Shown here piece by piece: positions 19,401 through 29,033 of a stretch of DNA of 64,000 nt. The notes under the pieces are model-generated. The model did no database searches. It was given only the letters and a program-made list of their open reading frames with translations, and was not told the DNA's origin. Position 1 is the stretch's first letter. Each line of letters starts with the position of its first letter. The DNA is taken from the NCBI GenBank assembly GCA_963825055.1, contig CAWGSK010000017.1, positions 23,236-87,235 of the forward strand. The letters run 5' to 3'. This DNA is from an uncultured Gemmatimonadales bacterium (lineage in GTDB: Bacteria; Gemmatimonadota; Gemmatimonadetes; Gemmatimonadales; GWC2-71-9). The position numbers were made by a program, and so were the translations under genes.

Positions 19401-22400
19401 CCGCATTCACAATTCGCGATGCCCTGGGCAACCAGGTCACGAGCGCGACCAATACGGTGACGGTGGGCATCGGGACCAACGCGGGGTCCGGGACGCTGCT
19501 GGGCAACGTCACTGCGACCGCCTCCGGCGGTGTCGCGACGTTTACGAACCTCTCGATCGACAAGGTGGGGACGGGGTACACGCTGGTGGGTACGGCCTCC
19601 GGTCTGTCATCCGCGACGACGGGCACGTTCGACATCACCCCGGGGTCGCCGAGTGCGTCACAGTCGACGGTGTCGGCCCCGAGCCCCATCGTGGCGAGCG
19701 GCGGCAGCTCGACGAGCACGATCACCGTGGTGGTAGTCGACGGATCCGGAAACGCGGTGCCCGGCGCGACGGTGGTCCTGTCCGCCAGCGGAACCGGGAA
19801 TACGCTGAGCGCCTCGGGGCCGACGGACGCACAGGGCACCTATACGGGCACCCTCTCGTCGACCGTCGCCGGGGTCAAGACGGTGTCCGCCACCGCCAAC
19901 GGCGTGGGCATCACCCAGACGGCCGCCGTCACGGTGAACCCGGCCCCCGCGACGCAACTGACCGTCTCCCAGCAGCCGCCGGGGACACTCCCGGCCGGAC
20001 AGGCGATCACGCCGGCACCGGCATTCACCATTCGTGATGGTTTCGGCAACCAGGTGACCAGCGCAACCAACATGGTCGCGATCGGGATCGGAACCAACCC
20101 CGGTGGCGGCACGCTTTCAGGTACGACCACCGTGAGCGCCAGCGGTGGCGTGGCCACATTCCCCGGGCTTTCCATCGACCAGGCCGGGACCGGCTATACG
20201 CTTCAGGCGGTCGCGGCCGGCTTGACGAGCGCTACCACGGCCACCTTTGACATCACGGCGGGCAGTGCCGTTGCGTCGCAGAGCACAGCCACGGTGCTTC
20301 CCGCCAGCGCTGCAGCCGGGACGGCGGTCAACATCACGGTGCAGGCACGGGATGCGCTGGGCAATCCCGTCACGAGCGGCGGTGCCACCGTTGCGGTTTC
20401 CGTGGCAGGGGCGAACCCCGGGTCCCTCACAGTCACTGACCCGAACGACGGGACCTACACTGCGAGCTACACCCCGACCGTGGCTGGTGGAGACAACCTG
20501 ACCATCACCCTGAACGGCGGCGGGATCAGCGGGAGCCCGTATGCCCACACCGTCACGGCGGCGGCGCTGAGCCCGTCGAACTCCACCGCGTCGTTTAACC
20601 CCCCGAGCCCGACCGCGGGCCAGCAGGTGGACATTACCGTCCAGTCGCGTGACCAGTACGGCAACCTGGTGACTACGCCTGGCGCGACGGTGGTGATCAA
20701 CGTGACCGGCGCCAACACGGCGACGCCGCCCGTGACCGACGTGGGCAATGGGACCTACACCGCGAGCTATACGCCGACCAGCAGCGGCACGGACAACATC
20801 GCCATCACGATGAACGGGACGCCGATCAGCGGGAGCCCCTTCGGCCAGCCCGTGGCCACGGGGCCGGCGAGCGGCGCGCAGTCCGTGGGGTCCGCCCCGG
20901 GCTTGGGCGCGGCGGGCAGCTCCGTCGCGATTCAGGTTCAGGCGCGTGACGCGTTCGGGAACCCGGTCACGGTGGGCGGGGCGACGGTCGCCGTCTCCGT
21001 CACGGGCGCCAATACGTCGTCCCCCGGCGTGACCGACAACAACGACGGGACATACGCCGCATCCTATGTGCCCGCCAGTACGGGGACTGACAACGCCGCC
21101 GTCACGCTGAACGGTGCCGCGGTGCAGGGAAGCCCATTCATGATCGCCATTGCTGCCGGCGGCCCGAGCCCGCCCAATACCGTTGCAACGGTGCCGCCCG
21201 GCACGGCGGGGGCACCGACCGCGATCACCGTGCAGGCGAGAGACGCCCAGAACAACGATCTCACCACGGGCGGCGCCACCATCCTTGTCACGGTCTCGGG
21301 GGCCAACTCCGCCTCCCCCTCCGTCACCGACCATAACGACGGCACATACACCGCTTCCTACACCCCGACCAGCGCCGGCAGCGACAACATCGCGATCACC
21401 CTGAGCGGGACCGCTATCGGGAGCAGTCCGTTCACAAGTTCCGTCTCGCCCGGGGCGCCCTCGGCCGCGCAGTCCCTTGCCACCGTTCCGCCGTCCGGGA
21501 CCGCCGGCTCCGCCACCGCGATAAGCGTTCAGGCGCGTGACCAGTACGGAAACCCCGTCACGACGGGCGGCGCGGTGGTGGCCGTGTCGGTCACCGGTGC
21601 CAATACCGCAACTCCGCCCGTGACGGACCAGGGCAATGGGACCTATACGGCGAGCTACACGCCAGCGGCAACCGGAACCGACAACATCGCGATCACACTG
21701 GGCGGAAGTCCGGTCGGCGCGAGCCCCTACAGCTCGACCGTCGGCGCCGGCGCGCCGAGTGCCGCCCAGAGCACGGCCACCGTCCCCGGTGGCGTCGCCG
21801 GCGTGGCCACGACCGTCACCGTGCAGGCAAAGGACGCCGCGGGGAATGATCTGACGACCGGCGGAGCCGCCGTGGTGGTCACGGTGAGCGGCGCGAACGC
21901 AGCCGGCCCGACTGGAGCGACAGACCAGGGCGATGGGACGTATACGTTCCAGTACACGCCGACAGCTTCCGGGACCGACAACGTGGGGATCACGTTGAAT
22001 GGCGGAACGGTCGGCGCGAGCCCCTATACCTCCACCGTCTCGCCCGGACCGCCCAGCGCGGGGAACTCGGTCGCGGTCGTCCCTGGCGCGGGTACCGCAG
22101 GTGCCGCCACGGTCATCAGCGTCCAGGCGCGTGACCAGTACGGCAACGACCTCTCGGCCGGCGGCGCCGCCGTGGTGGTCACGGTTACGGGCGCCAACAG
22201 CGCCACGCCCGCCGTGACCGACAACGGCGACGGCACCTACGCCACGAGCTATACCCCCACCGCCAGCGGGGCCGACGCTGTGGCGATCACCCTGAATGGG
22301 AGCGCCGTGGGGACGAGTCCCTACGCGACCTTGGTGGCGCCGGGTGCTGCCAGCGCCGCGCAAACCACTGCAGTGGTGCCCAGTGGTAATACAGGCCTGC

Positions 22401-22639
22401 CGACAAGCATCATGGTCCAGGCGCAGGACCAGTTCGGCAACCTGTTGACAGCCGGAGGCGATCTCGTCACCGTGGATGTGAGCGGGACCAATCCGGCGGG
22501 ATCGCTGACCGTCACCGACAACGGGGACGGGACATATAGTGCGTCCTATACCCCCGGCACCGCAGGGAGCGACACGGTGGACATCGCCATCAACGGTACT
22601 GCCATCGCCGGGAGTCCGTATGCGAGCACCGTGAACTGA
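16433..22639 (+). CDS. Giant Ig-repeat surface lipoprotein (Big_1/invasin-like plus 8 filamin-like repeats)
   Basis: 2068 aa T/S/G/A-rich; lipobox-like VTCGG; repeats ITVQARDxxGN...(D/N)GTYxxxYTP...GSP(Y/F). Confidence 0.9.
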   Translation: MRAGAVSRMRFLRFGLLVLAAVTTVTCGGDKLTLPNEGNPSSAQVEQGNNQTGTVAQPLRDSLIIRLTDSKSRPVSGQRVAFVLTGGASGAAVAPDTAISDDAGRVRARWILGTVAGPQTLEARVIGFSSLTKTFTAQAAPAAADTLRLIQGDGQSGTVGATLTDSLVVRVTDRFGNGVSGVNVSWTVTGGGSISPSSTATDATGRAAVARTLGSSAGAQTTLATVAGLKGSPVTFTQTAGSGSASSLTIVSGDNQSGPASFPLGMPVVVKLADATGNGVPGVNVTWVIATGGGSVSPTTGTTDQNGLASSNWTLGPVAGANTLNAVSSGFTVNFSATATAAAPTQMAANSVTNQTGTAGLAVATSPSVRVRDANGNGVAGVGVTFAVAGGGGSVSDTTVGTGASGIATLPTWTLGQVAGTNQLTASVSGLTGSPVTFNATGNAGPAAQMVMQTQPPVLMTSGATITPTPAVQLQDQFGNTVTTQNVSVTVSLNGAGTLAGTKTRTSNSNGQASFPSLSLSGPPGSYSLSFTASGITGVTSTPISLGAGNATTLVFTTQPSNTTAGVAMTPAVVVQARDASNNVDPAFTGSVSLNLGANPGGDPLGTVSATAVSGVATFSGITLQKAAAGYTLVASSSGLSSATSNTFTVSPAAAASLAFSQQPTNVVAGATITPFVRVTALDAFGNAVMSPSIPIAIAIGTNPASGVLSGTSPRSTSGGIATFNNLSIDKAGTGYTLVASGGGFNVTSNPFDVTVGNGSKVAFVAPQPTSATAGAAITPGFTVEVQDAAGNRIPGANNQITVFIGTNPSQGSLSGTTQRNAVNGTVTFTGLSIDSAGTGYTLTASASGLVSTSSSSFDIVPGSPSASLSTVTASPGTISASNGSSSSTITVTVKDQKGNLVPGTSVTLGVTGGSGNTLSASGPTNSSGVYTGTFSATVSGATRTISATAGAVLLNQTASVFVNPGLPSQLTVSQQPGSVQAGQTILPAPAFTIRDALGNQVTSATNTVTVGIGTNAGSGTLLGNVTATASGGVATFTNLSIDKVGTGYTLVGTASGLSSATTGTFDITPGSPSASQSTVSAPSPIVASGGSSTSTITVVVVDGSGNAVPGATVVLSASGTGNTLSASGPTDAQGTYTGTLSSTVAGVKTVSATANGVGITQTAAVTVNPAPATQLTVSQQPPGTLPAGQAITPAPAFTIRDGFGNQVTSATNMVAIGIGTNPGGGTLSGTTTVSASGGVATFPGLSIDQAGTGYTLQAVAAGLTSATTATFDITAGSAVASQSTATVLPASAAAGTAVNITVQARDALGNPVTSGGATVAVSVAGANPGSLTVTDPNDGTYTASYTPTVAGGDNLTITLNGGGISGSPYAHTVTAAALSPSNSTASFNPPSPTAGQQVDITVQSRDQYGNLVTTPGATVVINVTGANTATPPVTDVGNGTYTASYTPTSSGTDNIAITMNGTPISGSPFGQPVATGPASGAQSVGSAPGLGAAGSSVAIQVQARDAFGNPVTVGGATVAVSVTGANTSSPGVTDNNDGTYAASYVPASTGTDNAAVTLNGAAVQGSPFMIAIAAGGPSPPNTVATVPPGTAGAPTAITVQARDAQNNDLTTGGATILVTVSGANSASPSVTDHNDGTYTASYTPTSAGSDNIAITLSGTAIGSSPFTSSVSPGAPSAAQSLATVPPSGTAGSATAISVQARDQYGNPVTTGGAVVAVSVTGANTATPPVTDQGNGTYTASYTPAATGTDNIAITLGGSPVGASPYSSTVGAGAPSAAQSTATVPGGVAGVATTVTVQAKDAAGNDLTTGGAAVVVTVSGANAAGPTGATDQGDGTYTFQYTPTASGTDNVGITLNGGTVGASPYTSTVSPGPPSAGNSVAVVPGAGTAGAATVISVQARDQYGNDLSAGGAAVVVTVTGANSATPAVTDNGDGTYATSYTPTASGADAVAITLNGSAVGTSPYATLVAPGAASAAQTTAVVPSGNTGLPTSIMVQAQDQFGNLLTAGGDLVTVDVSGTNPAGSLTVTDNGDGTYSASYTPGTAGSDTVDIAINGTAIAGSPYASTVN

Positions 22640-22739
22640 GTGTGACGCAGGTTCCCGACGCCACGGGGCGTCTGAGAGCATACTGGAAAAGTCGGTTACC
22701 CCTGACCGATCGACTCGCCACCGAAGGGCCAAGCTGCAG

Positions 22740-24974
22740 ATGTCCCCACCCTCACTTCGGCATATGTTCGCAACCTGGCTGCCGTGCGCGGCGCTGGTGG
22801 CTCTGGCCGCCTGCGCGCAGGACAGCCTGGTGTTGCCGGATGAGGGGGAGCCGTCACAGGTCCTCGTGCTGAGCGGCAACGGCCAGTCGGGACAGGTCGG
22901 CGCGCCGCTGACCGATTCGCTCGTCGTGCGACTCACGGACAGCCATGCCCGTCCGGTGCAGGACTTCCCCGTGGTCTTCGCCATCACCAGCGGTGGACAG
23001 GTCATCCCGGACACGGCCCGGACCGACGCCGACGGCCGTGCCAGTTCCCGATGGATCCTCGGGCCCGCCGCCGGAGCCCAGACAGTCGAAGCCACGGTGC
23101 CGCTGTCCGGCAAGTCACCCCGGAAAGCGCTCTTTTCAGCCCAGGCGATGCCGGGGCCCGCGGACACCGTGGCCGCCACGGCTGGTGATGCCCAGACGGG
23201 ACAGGCCGGTTCCACCCTGGCGGACTCTCTCGTCGTCGTCGTCCAGGACGCGTACGGCAACGGAATCGCCGACGTCCCGCTCACCTGGCAGGTTTCCGGC
23301 GGCGGGACCGTATCGCCCGCCGGCCCCGCCACGGATGCGGGGGGGCGCCAGGCCGCGACGTGGACGCTGGGGACCACCGCCGCTACACAGACCGTGACGG
23401 TCACGGGTGCTGGCGTCCCCGGCGCGATGTCCTTTACCGCCACCGCCACCACCGGGCCCCCTCCAGCCCTCGCCATCGTGACCCAGCCGTCTGCCACGGC
23501 GTCCAACGGCGTGCCCTTCAGCCAGCAGCCGGTGATCCAGCTCGAGGACGCGGGCGGCACTCCGATTGGCCAGGCCGGCGTGCTGGTGACCGCCGGAATC
23601 GCGACGGGCGGTGGTGTGCTGGGCGGGACCACGAGTATTACGACCAATTCATCGGGGCGGGCGGTGTTCACTGATCTCGCTATCTCGGGAACCCCCGGCA
23701 GCCGCACCATCGTATTCGGTGCCAGCGGCCATGTCTCGGTGACCAGCGCGGCCATCAATGTCACAGGCGGTCCGCCCGACCCCGGCCAGTCCACCCTTTC
23801 GGCCAGTCCGACGACCATCACCGCCAGCAGCGGCGCCGTGACTTCCACGCTGACCGTGACCGCACGTGATGCGCAGGGCAACCCGGTTCCCGGGGCCACG
23901 GTGCTGTTCACCGCGAGCGGTGGTGGCGTTCAACTCACGCAGCCGACCGGCCCGACCAACGTGAATGGCGTGGCGACGGGCCGGGCGAGTTCCGGCGCCG
24001 CCGGGGCCAAGACAATCCACGCGACCGTTGACGGAATCGGCCTCAACCAGGCCGTGACGCTGACGGTGGTTCCGTCCGGGGCCGCTGCCGCCCACAGCAC
24101 GGCCACCGTGCCTTCCGGCACCACTGGGTCGACCACTTCCATCGCCATCCAGCTCAGGGATCAGTTCGACAATCCCCTGGGTTCCGGCGGGGACAACGTC
24201 GCCGTATCCGTTACCGGAGCGAATACGGCGAGCGCCACGGTGGCCGACAACCACGACGGCACCTACACGGCGACGTACACGCCGGCTGCTCCGGGAATTG
24301 ACCATGTCGCCATCACGCTGAACGGCACGGGCATTTCCGGCAGCCCCTATACGAGCACGGTTTCGGGTGGGCCGAGCGCCAGCCGGTCGTCTGTAAGCGC
24401 CAGCCCTGGCAGCATCACGGCCAGCAACGGATCGAGCGTCTCCACGGTGGCCGTGACCGTGCGTGATGCGGCGGGGACGCCGCTGCAGGGCGTGGCCGTG
24501 ACGATCTCGGTGTCAGGAAAGAACAACACGATCAACCAGCCGGCCGGTCCGACCAATGCGCAGGGCGTCGCGACGGCCACGTTCAGCTCGACGAAGGCCG
24601 AGACCAAAACCGTGACGGCCACGGCCGGAGGCCAGAACCTCTCCCAGGGCGCGACCGTGACCGTGACGCCCGCCCAGGCTTCCGCCCAGACCACCACCGT
24701 CGCCACGCCCGGGGGCAAGCCGTTCAACTTCATCCCGATCACCATCACCGCGAAGGATGCGTTCGGGAATGCCCACACGACGGGCGGGCTGGCCTCGCAG
24801 ATCACGGTGAGCGTGACCGGGGCCAACAACGTGGGACGGCTCAATGTGGCGGATAACGGGGACGGGACGTATTCCGCGTCGTACCTTGCTCTCTTCAAGG
24901 GGAACGACGACGTGGTCGTCACCCTCTACGGGGTCGCGGTGGCGGGGAGCCCCTTCCAGAGCCACATCAAGTAA
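22740..24974 (+). CDS. Ig-repeat surface lipoprotein, shorter paralog
   Basis: Lipobox LAAC; N-terminus parallels the upstream protein (LxLPxEGxPS...DSLxxRLTDS); same repeat types. Confidence 0.9.
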   Translation: MSPPSLRHMFATWLPCAALVALAACAQDSLVLPDEGEPSQVLVLSGNGQSGQVGAPLTDSLVVRLTDSHARPVQDFPVVFAITSGGQVIPDTARTDADGRASSRWILGPAAGAQTVEATVPLSGKSPRKALFSAQAMPGPADTVAATAGDAQTGQAGSTLADSLVVVVQDAYGNGIADVPLTWQVSGGGTVSPAGPATDAGGRQAATWTLGTTAATQTVTVTGAGVPGAMSFTATATTGPPPALAIVTQPSATASNGVPFSQQPVIQLEDAGGTPIGQAGVLVTAGIATGGGVLGGTTSITTNSSGRAVFTDLAISGTPGSRTIVFGASGHVSVTSAAINVTGGPPDPGQSTLSASPTTITASSGAVTSTLTVTARDAQGNPVPGATVLFTASGGGVQLTQPTGPTNVNGVATGRASSGAAGAKTIHATVDGIGLNQAVTLTVVPSGAAAAHSTATVPSGTTGSTTSIAIQLRDQFDNPLGSGGDNVAVSVTGANTASATVADNHDGTYTATYTPAAPGIDHVAITLNGTGISGSPYTSTVSGGPSASRSSVSASPGSITASNGSSVSTVAVTVRDAAGTPLQGVAVTISVSGKNNTINQPAGPTNAQGVATATFSSTKAETKTVTATAGGQNLSQGATVTVTPAQASAQTTTVATPGGKPFNFIPITITAKDAFGNAHTTGGLASQITVSVTGANNVGRLNVADNGDGTYSASYLALFKGNDDVVVTLYGVAVAGSPFQSHIK

Positions 24975-24994
24975 CCGCAGGAAGCCGGAATGAA

Positions 24995-25033
24995 GGGCCG
25001 GGAGGCGGCTTGCCATGGCTGCCCCCGGCCCTT
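24995..25033 (+). terminator. GC-rich hairpin after adhesin pair
   Basis: GGGCCGGGAGGCGGC...GCTGCCCCCGGCCC followed by TTAATTT. Confidence 0.55.
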
Positions 25034-25048
25034 AATTTCCTGCCCCCT

Positions 25049-25130
25049 GCCCTGGTGGTGAAACTGGTAGACACGCTATCTTGAGGGGGTAGTGCCGAAA
25101 GGCGTCGCGGTTCGAATCCGCGCCAGGGCA
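25049..25130 (+). tRNA. tRNA-Leu(GAG)
   Basis: GCCCTGG acceptor stem, CTATC-TTGAGGG-GGTAG anticodon arm, long variable arm, GGTTCGAATCC. Confidence 0.95.
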
Positions 25131-25136
25131 TGGCCG

Positions 25137-25208
25137 GCCACTGTAGCTCAGGGGTAGAGCTCTCGATTCGTAATCGAGCGGTCGTCGGTTCGAATCCGAC
25201 CAGTGGCT
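25137..25208 (+). tRNA. tRNA-Thr(CGT)
   Basis: GCCACTG acceptor stem, CTCGA-TTCGTAA-TCGAG anticodon arm, GGTTCGAATCC. Confidence 0.95.
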
Positions 25209-25264
25209 CTCGGCACTCGGAGCATCGCATTGCAGGCGCGCCTACCCGGGCGCGTTTTGCGTTT

Positions 25265-25960
25265 CTACCAGCCGAGCCGGAACCCCGCAAACAGGTCGTA
25301 GAGCGTGCGACGGGTCGCCGGCTGCCCAAAATCCCCGAACACCCGACCCTCCGCATAGCTGTTCCGCATCAGACCAACCTCGAAGGCGGTGTTGGGGGCA
25401 CCCGTGTACTCGACCCCGAGGGTTCCCACCAGGATGAACTGGTCGTCCTCCTGGTATCGCTCAATGACCGGGTCGTCGCCCGCCGGTCCGCCGGAGAAGA
25501 CGTACTTCGCGGAGACGTAGGGGCTCCAGCGGCCGTAGTCACGGCTGTAGATCAGCGTGGCCGAGGCGGGGATGAAGAGGTAGACCGTCTGGCCGGCGAC
25601 CGCCACGGCGTCCCGCCGGCCCTGCCAGAGGGCCACCTTGAGGTAGGTGAAGGGGAGCAGGGTGCGCCCGTAATCCCCCGGGCGGGGGTCGTTGCCGTGA
25701 AGTCCGTCCTCATGGTATACCGCGACCGGGATGCCGACCTCCACGCCGCGGAACCCGAACGACGGCCCCGTGAAGAGAAGGACATCCGCGCCCTGGGCCT
25801 CGTCATTGCGCGCCTGGTCCGCGAGGACGGCAGCCCCGCCCATCCAGTGGAAGCCTTCATGGATCCGGGCCGACTGGAGCGTCGAGAAGCACGCCCCGAG
25901 GCCCGGCAGGGCGACCAGGAGGAGGAACACGGCGGGACGGGTCATGGCACGCTCCGGCAA
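25265..25960 (-). CDS. Hypothetical exported protein, probable beta-barrel
   Basis: LGAC after hydrophobic leader; beta-strand pattern; ends FAGFRLGW. Confidence 0.65.
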   Translation of the reverse strand: MPERAMTRPAVFLLLVALPGLGACFSTLQSARIHEGFHWMGGAAVLADQARNDEAQGADVLLFTGPSFGFRGVEVGIPVAVYHEDGLHGNDPRPGDYGRTLLPFTYLKVALWQGRRDAVAVAGQTVYLFIPASATLIYSRDYGRWSPYVSAKYVFSGGPAGDDPVIERYQEDDQFILVGTLGVEYTGAPNTAFEVGLMRNSYAEGRVFGDFGQPATRRTLYDLFAGFRLGW

Positions 25961-26003
25961 GGGACGTCCTACACTACCACGCCACCGTCCCCCCAGCGTG
26001 ACC

Positions 26004-26627
26004 TCAGTTCTTCTTGTCCTTCATCTCCTTGTCCTTGTCCATCTTCATCATGTCCTTCATGCCATCCATGTGCCCCCGTGACGCGACGGGCATCATGATG
26101 TGGGCGTAGGGCGTCCCCTTCCACATGACATAGGGACCGCCGGATTCCGGGTCGGTGGAGAGGTTATCCGCCCGGGACATGTCGGGCAGCAGGATCATGA
26201 TGTGGGGGCCGCTGTCGATCCATTCGTGCCCCTCGGCGGGCGCGGTGGCGAACGGATCGGAGTTACTCGCGTCCGAACCGCCTGAGAGCATGTAGGCGAG
26301 TCCCACGGACTGCACGCTGGGCTGGGCATGGTTCTGCCAGGCCTGGGCCCAGGCCTGCCACGTCGCATCCAGACACATGGGGTCGGTGCCGGGACTCGAG
26401 GGAACGTCGGGGAAGCAGACCCAGCCGTTGCTTCCCTCCTTGAGCGTGGTGCCGTCCCAGTCCTTGACGGCCGCATTCTCGGCGATGCTGGTGGGGGCTG
26501 CGGCCAGGGCCGCCTTGACCATGGCGGGCGTGTCAGGTTTCATCCCCGCTCCCTGGGCGGCCAGCGTGCCGGCTGCCGCGAATACGAGCAGGGTGGAGGC
26601 AAGGGTGGTGCGAGGGATCATGAGCAT
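26004..26627 (-). CDS. Conserved secreted hypothetical protein with Met/Lys/Asp tail
   Basis: Signal peptide; NGWVCFPD, PMCLD, GPHIMIL, GTPYAHIMMPV; SD GGAGG. Confidence 0.75.
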   Translation of the reverse strand: MLMIPRTTLASTLLVFAAAGTLAAQGAGMKPDTPAMVKAALAAAPTSIAENAAVKDWDGTTLKEGSNGWVCFPDVPSSPGTDPMCLDATWQAWAQAWQNHAQPSVQSVGLAYMLSGGSDASNSDPFATAPAEGHEWIDSGPHIMILLPDMSRADNLSTDPESGGPYVMWKGTPYAHIMMPVASRGHMDGMKDMMKMDKDKEMKDKKN

Positions 26628-26855
26628 CCTCCCGGTGTGGTGCTACCGGGCCCGCGGTCGGCGGTCGCGGATGGTGCCGGAGGAGCAGGCGGCCAGGCCG
26701 TCCCGAAGGCACGGTAGCCGTTGCGACGTAGGGCGGACCGCGCGGGCACGCGGCGTCGCATCGCAGGAGCCGGAGCTCACCCGGGGGCGGTCCGGCTTCG
26801 GTTGCAGCATAGAAGGGGGGGAGGGAAGAGGGAAGGGGGAGGGAGTGGCGGTGCT

Positions 26856-26965
26856 GGTGACTGGTGACTAGTGACTGGTGACTAGTGACTGGTGACTGGT
26901 GACTAGTGTCTGGATGGGAAGTACCTTCCCGACTCCCGACTCCCGACTCCCGACTCCCGACTCCC
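26856..26965. repeat. Bipartite element (GTGACTR)n-core-(CTCCCGA)n
   Basis: Read directly. Confidence 0.88.
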
Positions 26966-26974
26966 GTCTTTCCG

Positions 26975-28948
26975 CTACCGGCTCCCCACCGCCTGCTCCC
27001 CCCAACTCCCATTCCCCCGATCCACATCAGGCAGTTCCCGATCCGGGTCGAGCGTTACCCCGATCACCCGGCGGTTCCCGGGGAACTGCAGCGTGTAGTG
27101 GTCGTCGGTGAACCAGATCTCGACCGGCAGTTCCCGGCGCTCGGCCGGGCCGGCGGCGAAGCGCAGTTCCACCGTGACGGGCATGACCAGCCCCTCCCGG
27201 TTCGAAATGAAGACCCGGGTCCCGCTGTCGGCTGCCACCACGGAGTCCACCGCCTGGTCCAGCACATCGCTGGACAGGAACCAGCCCCGCCAGAACCAGT
27301 CCAGGTTCTCCCCGCTCGATTCCTCCATGGCCCGGAAGAAGTCAGCTGGCTGCGGGTGGTGGAAGGCCCAGGCGCGGATGTAGGACTGGAACGCACGGTC
27401 GAACCGCTCGGGGCCGAGGATGGTCTCGCGCAGGAGTTTCAGCCCCTCGCCCGGCTTGGAGTACGCCAGGAAACCGAGCGCCTGCCTCCGGATCCGGTCG
27501 GGGTACGTCATGATCGGCTGGTCGGCAATGGGCGAGCGCATCTGCTTCGCGATGCTGTCAGGATCGGTGCGCGTGGCCCGGCCGGCGCTGTCGCCGAAGT
27601 AGGCGAGGTTGCTGTAATAGTTGATGAACGTATTGAACCCCTCGTCCATCCAGGCATAGCGCCGCTCATCGCTGCCCACGATCATCGGGAACCAGCTGTG
27701 GCCGAACTCGTGGTCCGTGACGCCGAAAAGCCCCTGTCCGCGGGCGTTCACCCCGCAGAACACGATCATCGGGTACTCCATGCCGCCGACGACGCCCGCG
27801 ACGTTGATGGCCACGGGCCAGGGGTACGGGTACCACATCTTCGAGTAGTGGGAGATGGTGTGGCGGGCGTACTGGGTCGCGCGTTCCCACCCGGGTCGTG
27901 AGGCGTTCCCCAGGCCTTCCTCCGGGTAGGCCGACATGATGAGCGTGTTGCCGGCCCGGGCGGCGTCCCAGATGAAGGCGGCGCTCGCGGCCCAGGAGAA
28001 GTCGCGGACGTTCGTGGCCCGGAACCGCCAGGTGAGGGGGCCGGATCCCGCCGGGACCACGCCCCGGCCCCGCACCTCGTCGCGGCCGATGATCGTGACC
28101 GTCGAATCGCTCTTCCGCGCCCGCTCGAGCCGGGACCGCACCTCGGGCGTCAGGACGGTGGCGGGGTTCTGGAGCTCGCCGGTCGCGACCACGTTCACGC
28201 CTCGCGGGGCAGTAATCGAAACGTCGAAGTCACCGTATTCGAGATAGAACTCGCCCTGTCCCAGATACGGCATCGGGTTCCAGCCGTGCACGTCGTCATA
28301 GACATACATGCGGGGATACCACTGTGCGATCTCGTAGACCCACCCCCTGGCGCCATGGTAGCGGCCCATCCGGTCGGCCCCGTATTCCGGCACGACGAAC
28401 GACCACTGGATGGTGAGTTCGATGCTCGCGCCGCCGGGAGCGAGCGGGCGGATCAGGTCCACCCGCATACGGGTCCCCTGGACCGACCAGCCGGCCGAAT
28501 CCGCGACGCCCCCGCGCTTGACCTGCACGCCCTTGATGTGAAATCCTCCACCCTCGAACGCGCCACGCCACCGGTTGGAGGGATTGACGAGCGAGCCCCG
28601 ACTCTCGGGTGCGAACAGGTTCTGGTCCAGTTGCAGCCACAGGACCGGCAGGCTGTCCGGCGAGTTGTTGGTATAGGTGATGGCTTCGACGCCGGTCAGC
28701 TGGTGCTGTGTCGTGTCGAGCGTTACCTCGATCCGGTAGTCGGCCCGCTGCTGCCACCACCCGGGCCCTGGGCGCCCCGCGGCCAGCCGCACCTCGTTCG
28801 CCTCTGGCAGCTGGAGCGGGGCGAAGGCGTCCTGGTTGGTGGGTGGGAGGGTGGAGGCGTCCTGCGCGACGGCGGGGAGGGCGGTGACGGCGAGCAGGAG
28901 CAGGGCGGCAGGAAGGCGGACAGCGGGGTGGTCCAGCATGGGCATCAT
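26975..28948 (-). CDS. M1-family aminopeptidase
   Basis: GGMEYP, HEFGHSWF, WMDEGFNTF; signal peptide. Confidence 0.93.
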   Translation of the reverse strand: MMPMLDHPAVRLPAALLLLAVTALPAVAQDASTLPPTNQDAFAPLQLPEANEVRLAAGRPGPGWWQQRADYRIEVTLDTTQHQLTGVEAITYTNNSPDSLPVLWLQLDQNLFAPESRGSLVNPSNRWRGAFEGGGFHIKGVQVKRGGVADSAGWSVQGTRMRVDLIRPLAPGGASIELTIQWSFVVPEYGADRMGRYHGARGWVYEIAQWYPRMYVYDDVHGWNPMPYLGQGEFYLEYGDFDVSITAPRGVNVVATGELQNPATVLTPEVRSRLERARKSDSTVTIIGRDEVRGRGVVPAGSGPLTWRFRATNVRDFSWAASAAFIWDAARAGNTLIMSAYPEEGLGNASRPGWERATQYARHTISHYSKMWYPYPWPVAINVAGVVGGMEYPMIVFCGVNARGQGLFGVTDHEFGHSWFPMIVGSDERRYAWMDEGFNTFINYYSNLAYFGDSAGRATRTDPDSIAKQMRSPIADQPIMTYPDRIRRQALGFLAYSKPGEGLKLLRETILGPERFDRAFQSYIRAWAFHHPQPADFFRAMEESSGENLDWFWRGWFLSSDVLDQAVDSVVAADSGTRVFISNREGLVMPVTVELRFAAGPAERRELPVEIWFTDDHYTLQFPGNRRVIGVTLDPDRELPDVDRGNGSWGEQAVGSR

Positions 28949-28977
28949 CCTGTGAGGGAGGCTCGATGCTGGAATGT

Positions 28978-29009
28978 AAAAGGCCTCCCCGGTCGATGAG
29001 GAGGCCTTT
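28978..29009 (-). terminator. Hairpin terminator after ftsH-like gene
   Basis: AAAGGCCTCC...GGAGGCCTTT. Confidence 0.6.
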
Positions 29010-29033
29010 CGTGTCGCGAGTCGCGCCGGCGCC

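Noticed and set aside
20117..23911. 1264-aa minus-strand ORF
   Set aside because: Antisense shadow of the Ig-repeat genes in high-GC DNA; no motifs.
25049..25260. Integrative element at tRNA-Leu/Thr or tRNA-Pro
   Set aside because: No integrase and no duplicated tRNA 3' end found by eye.
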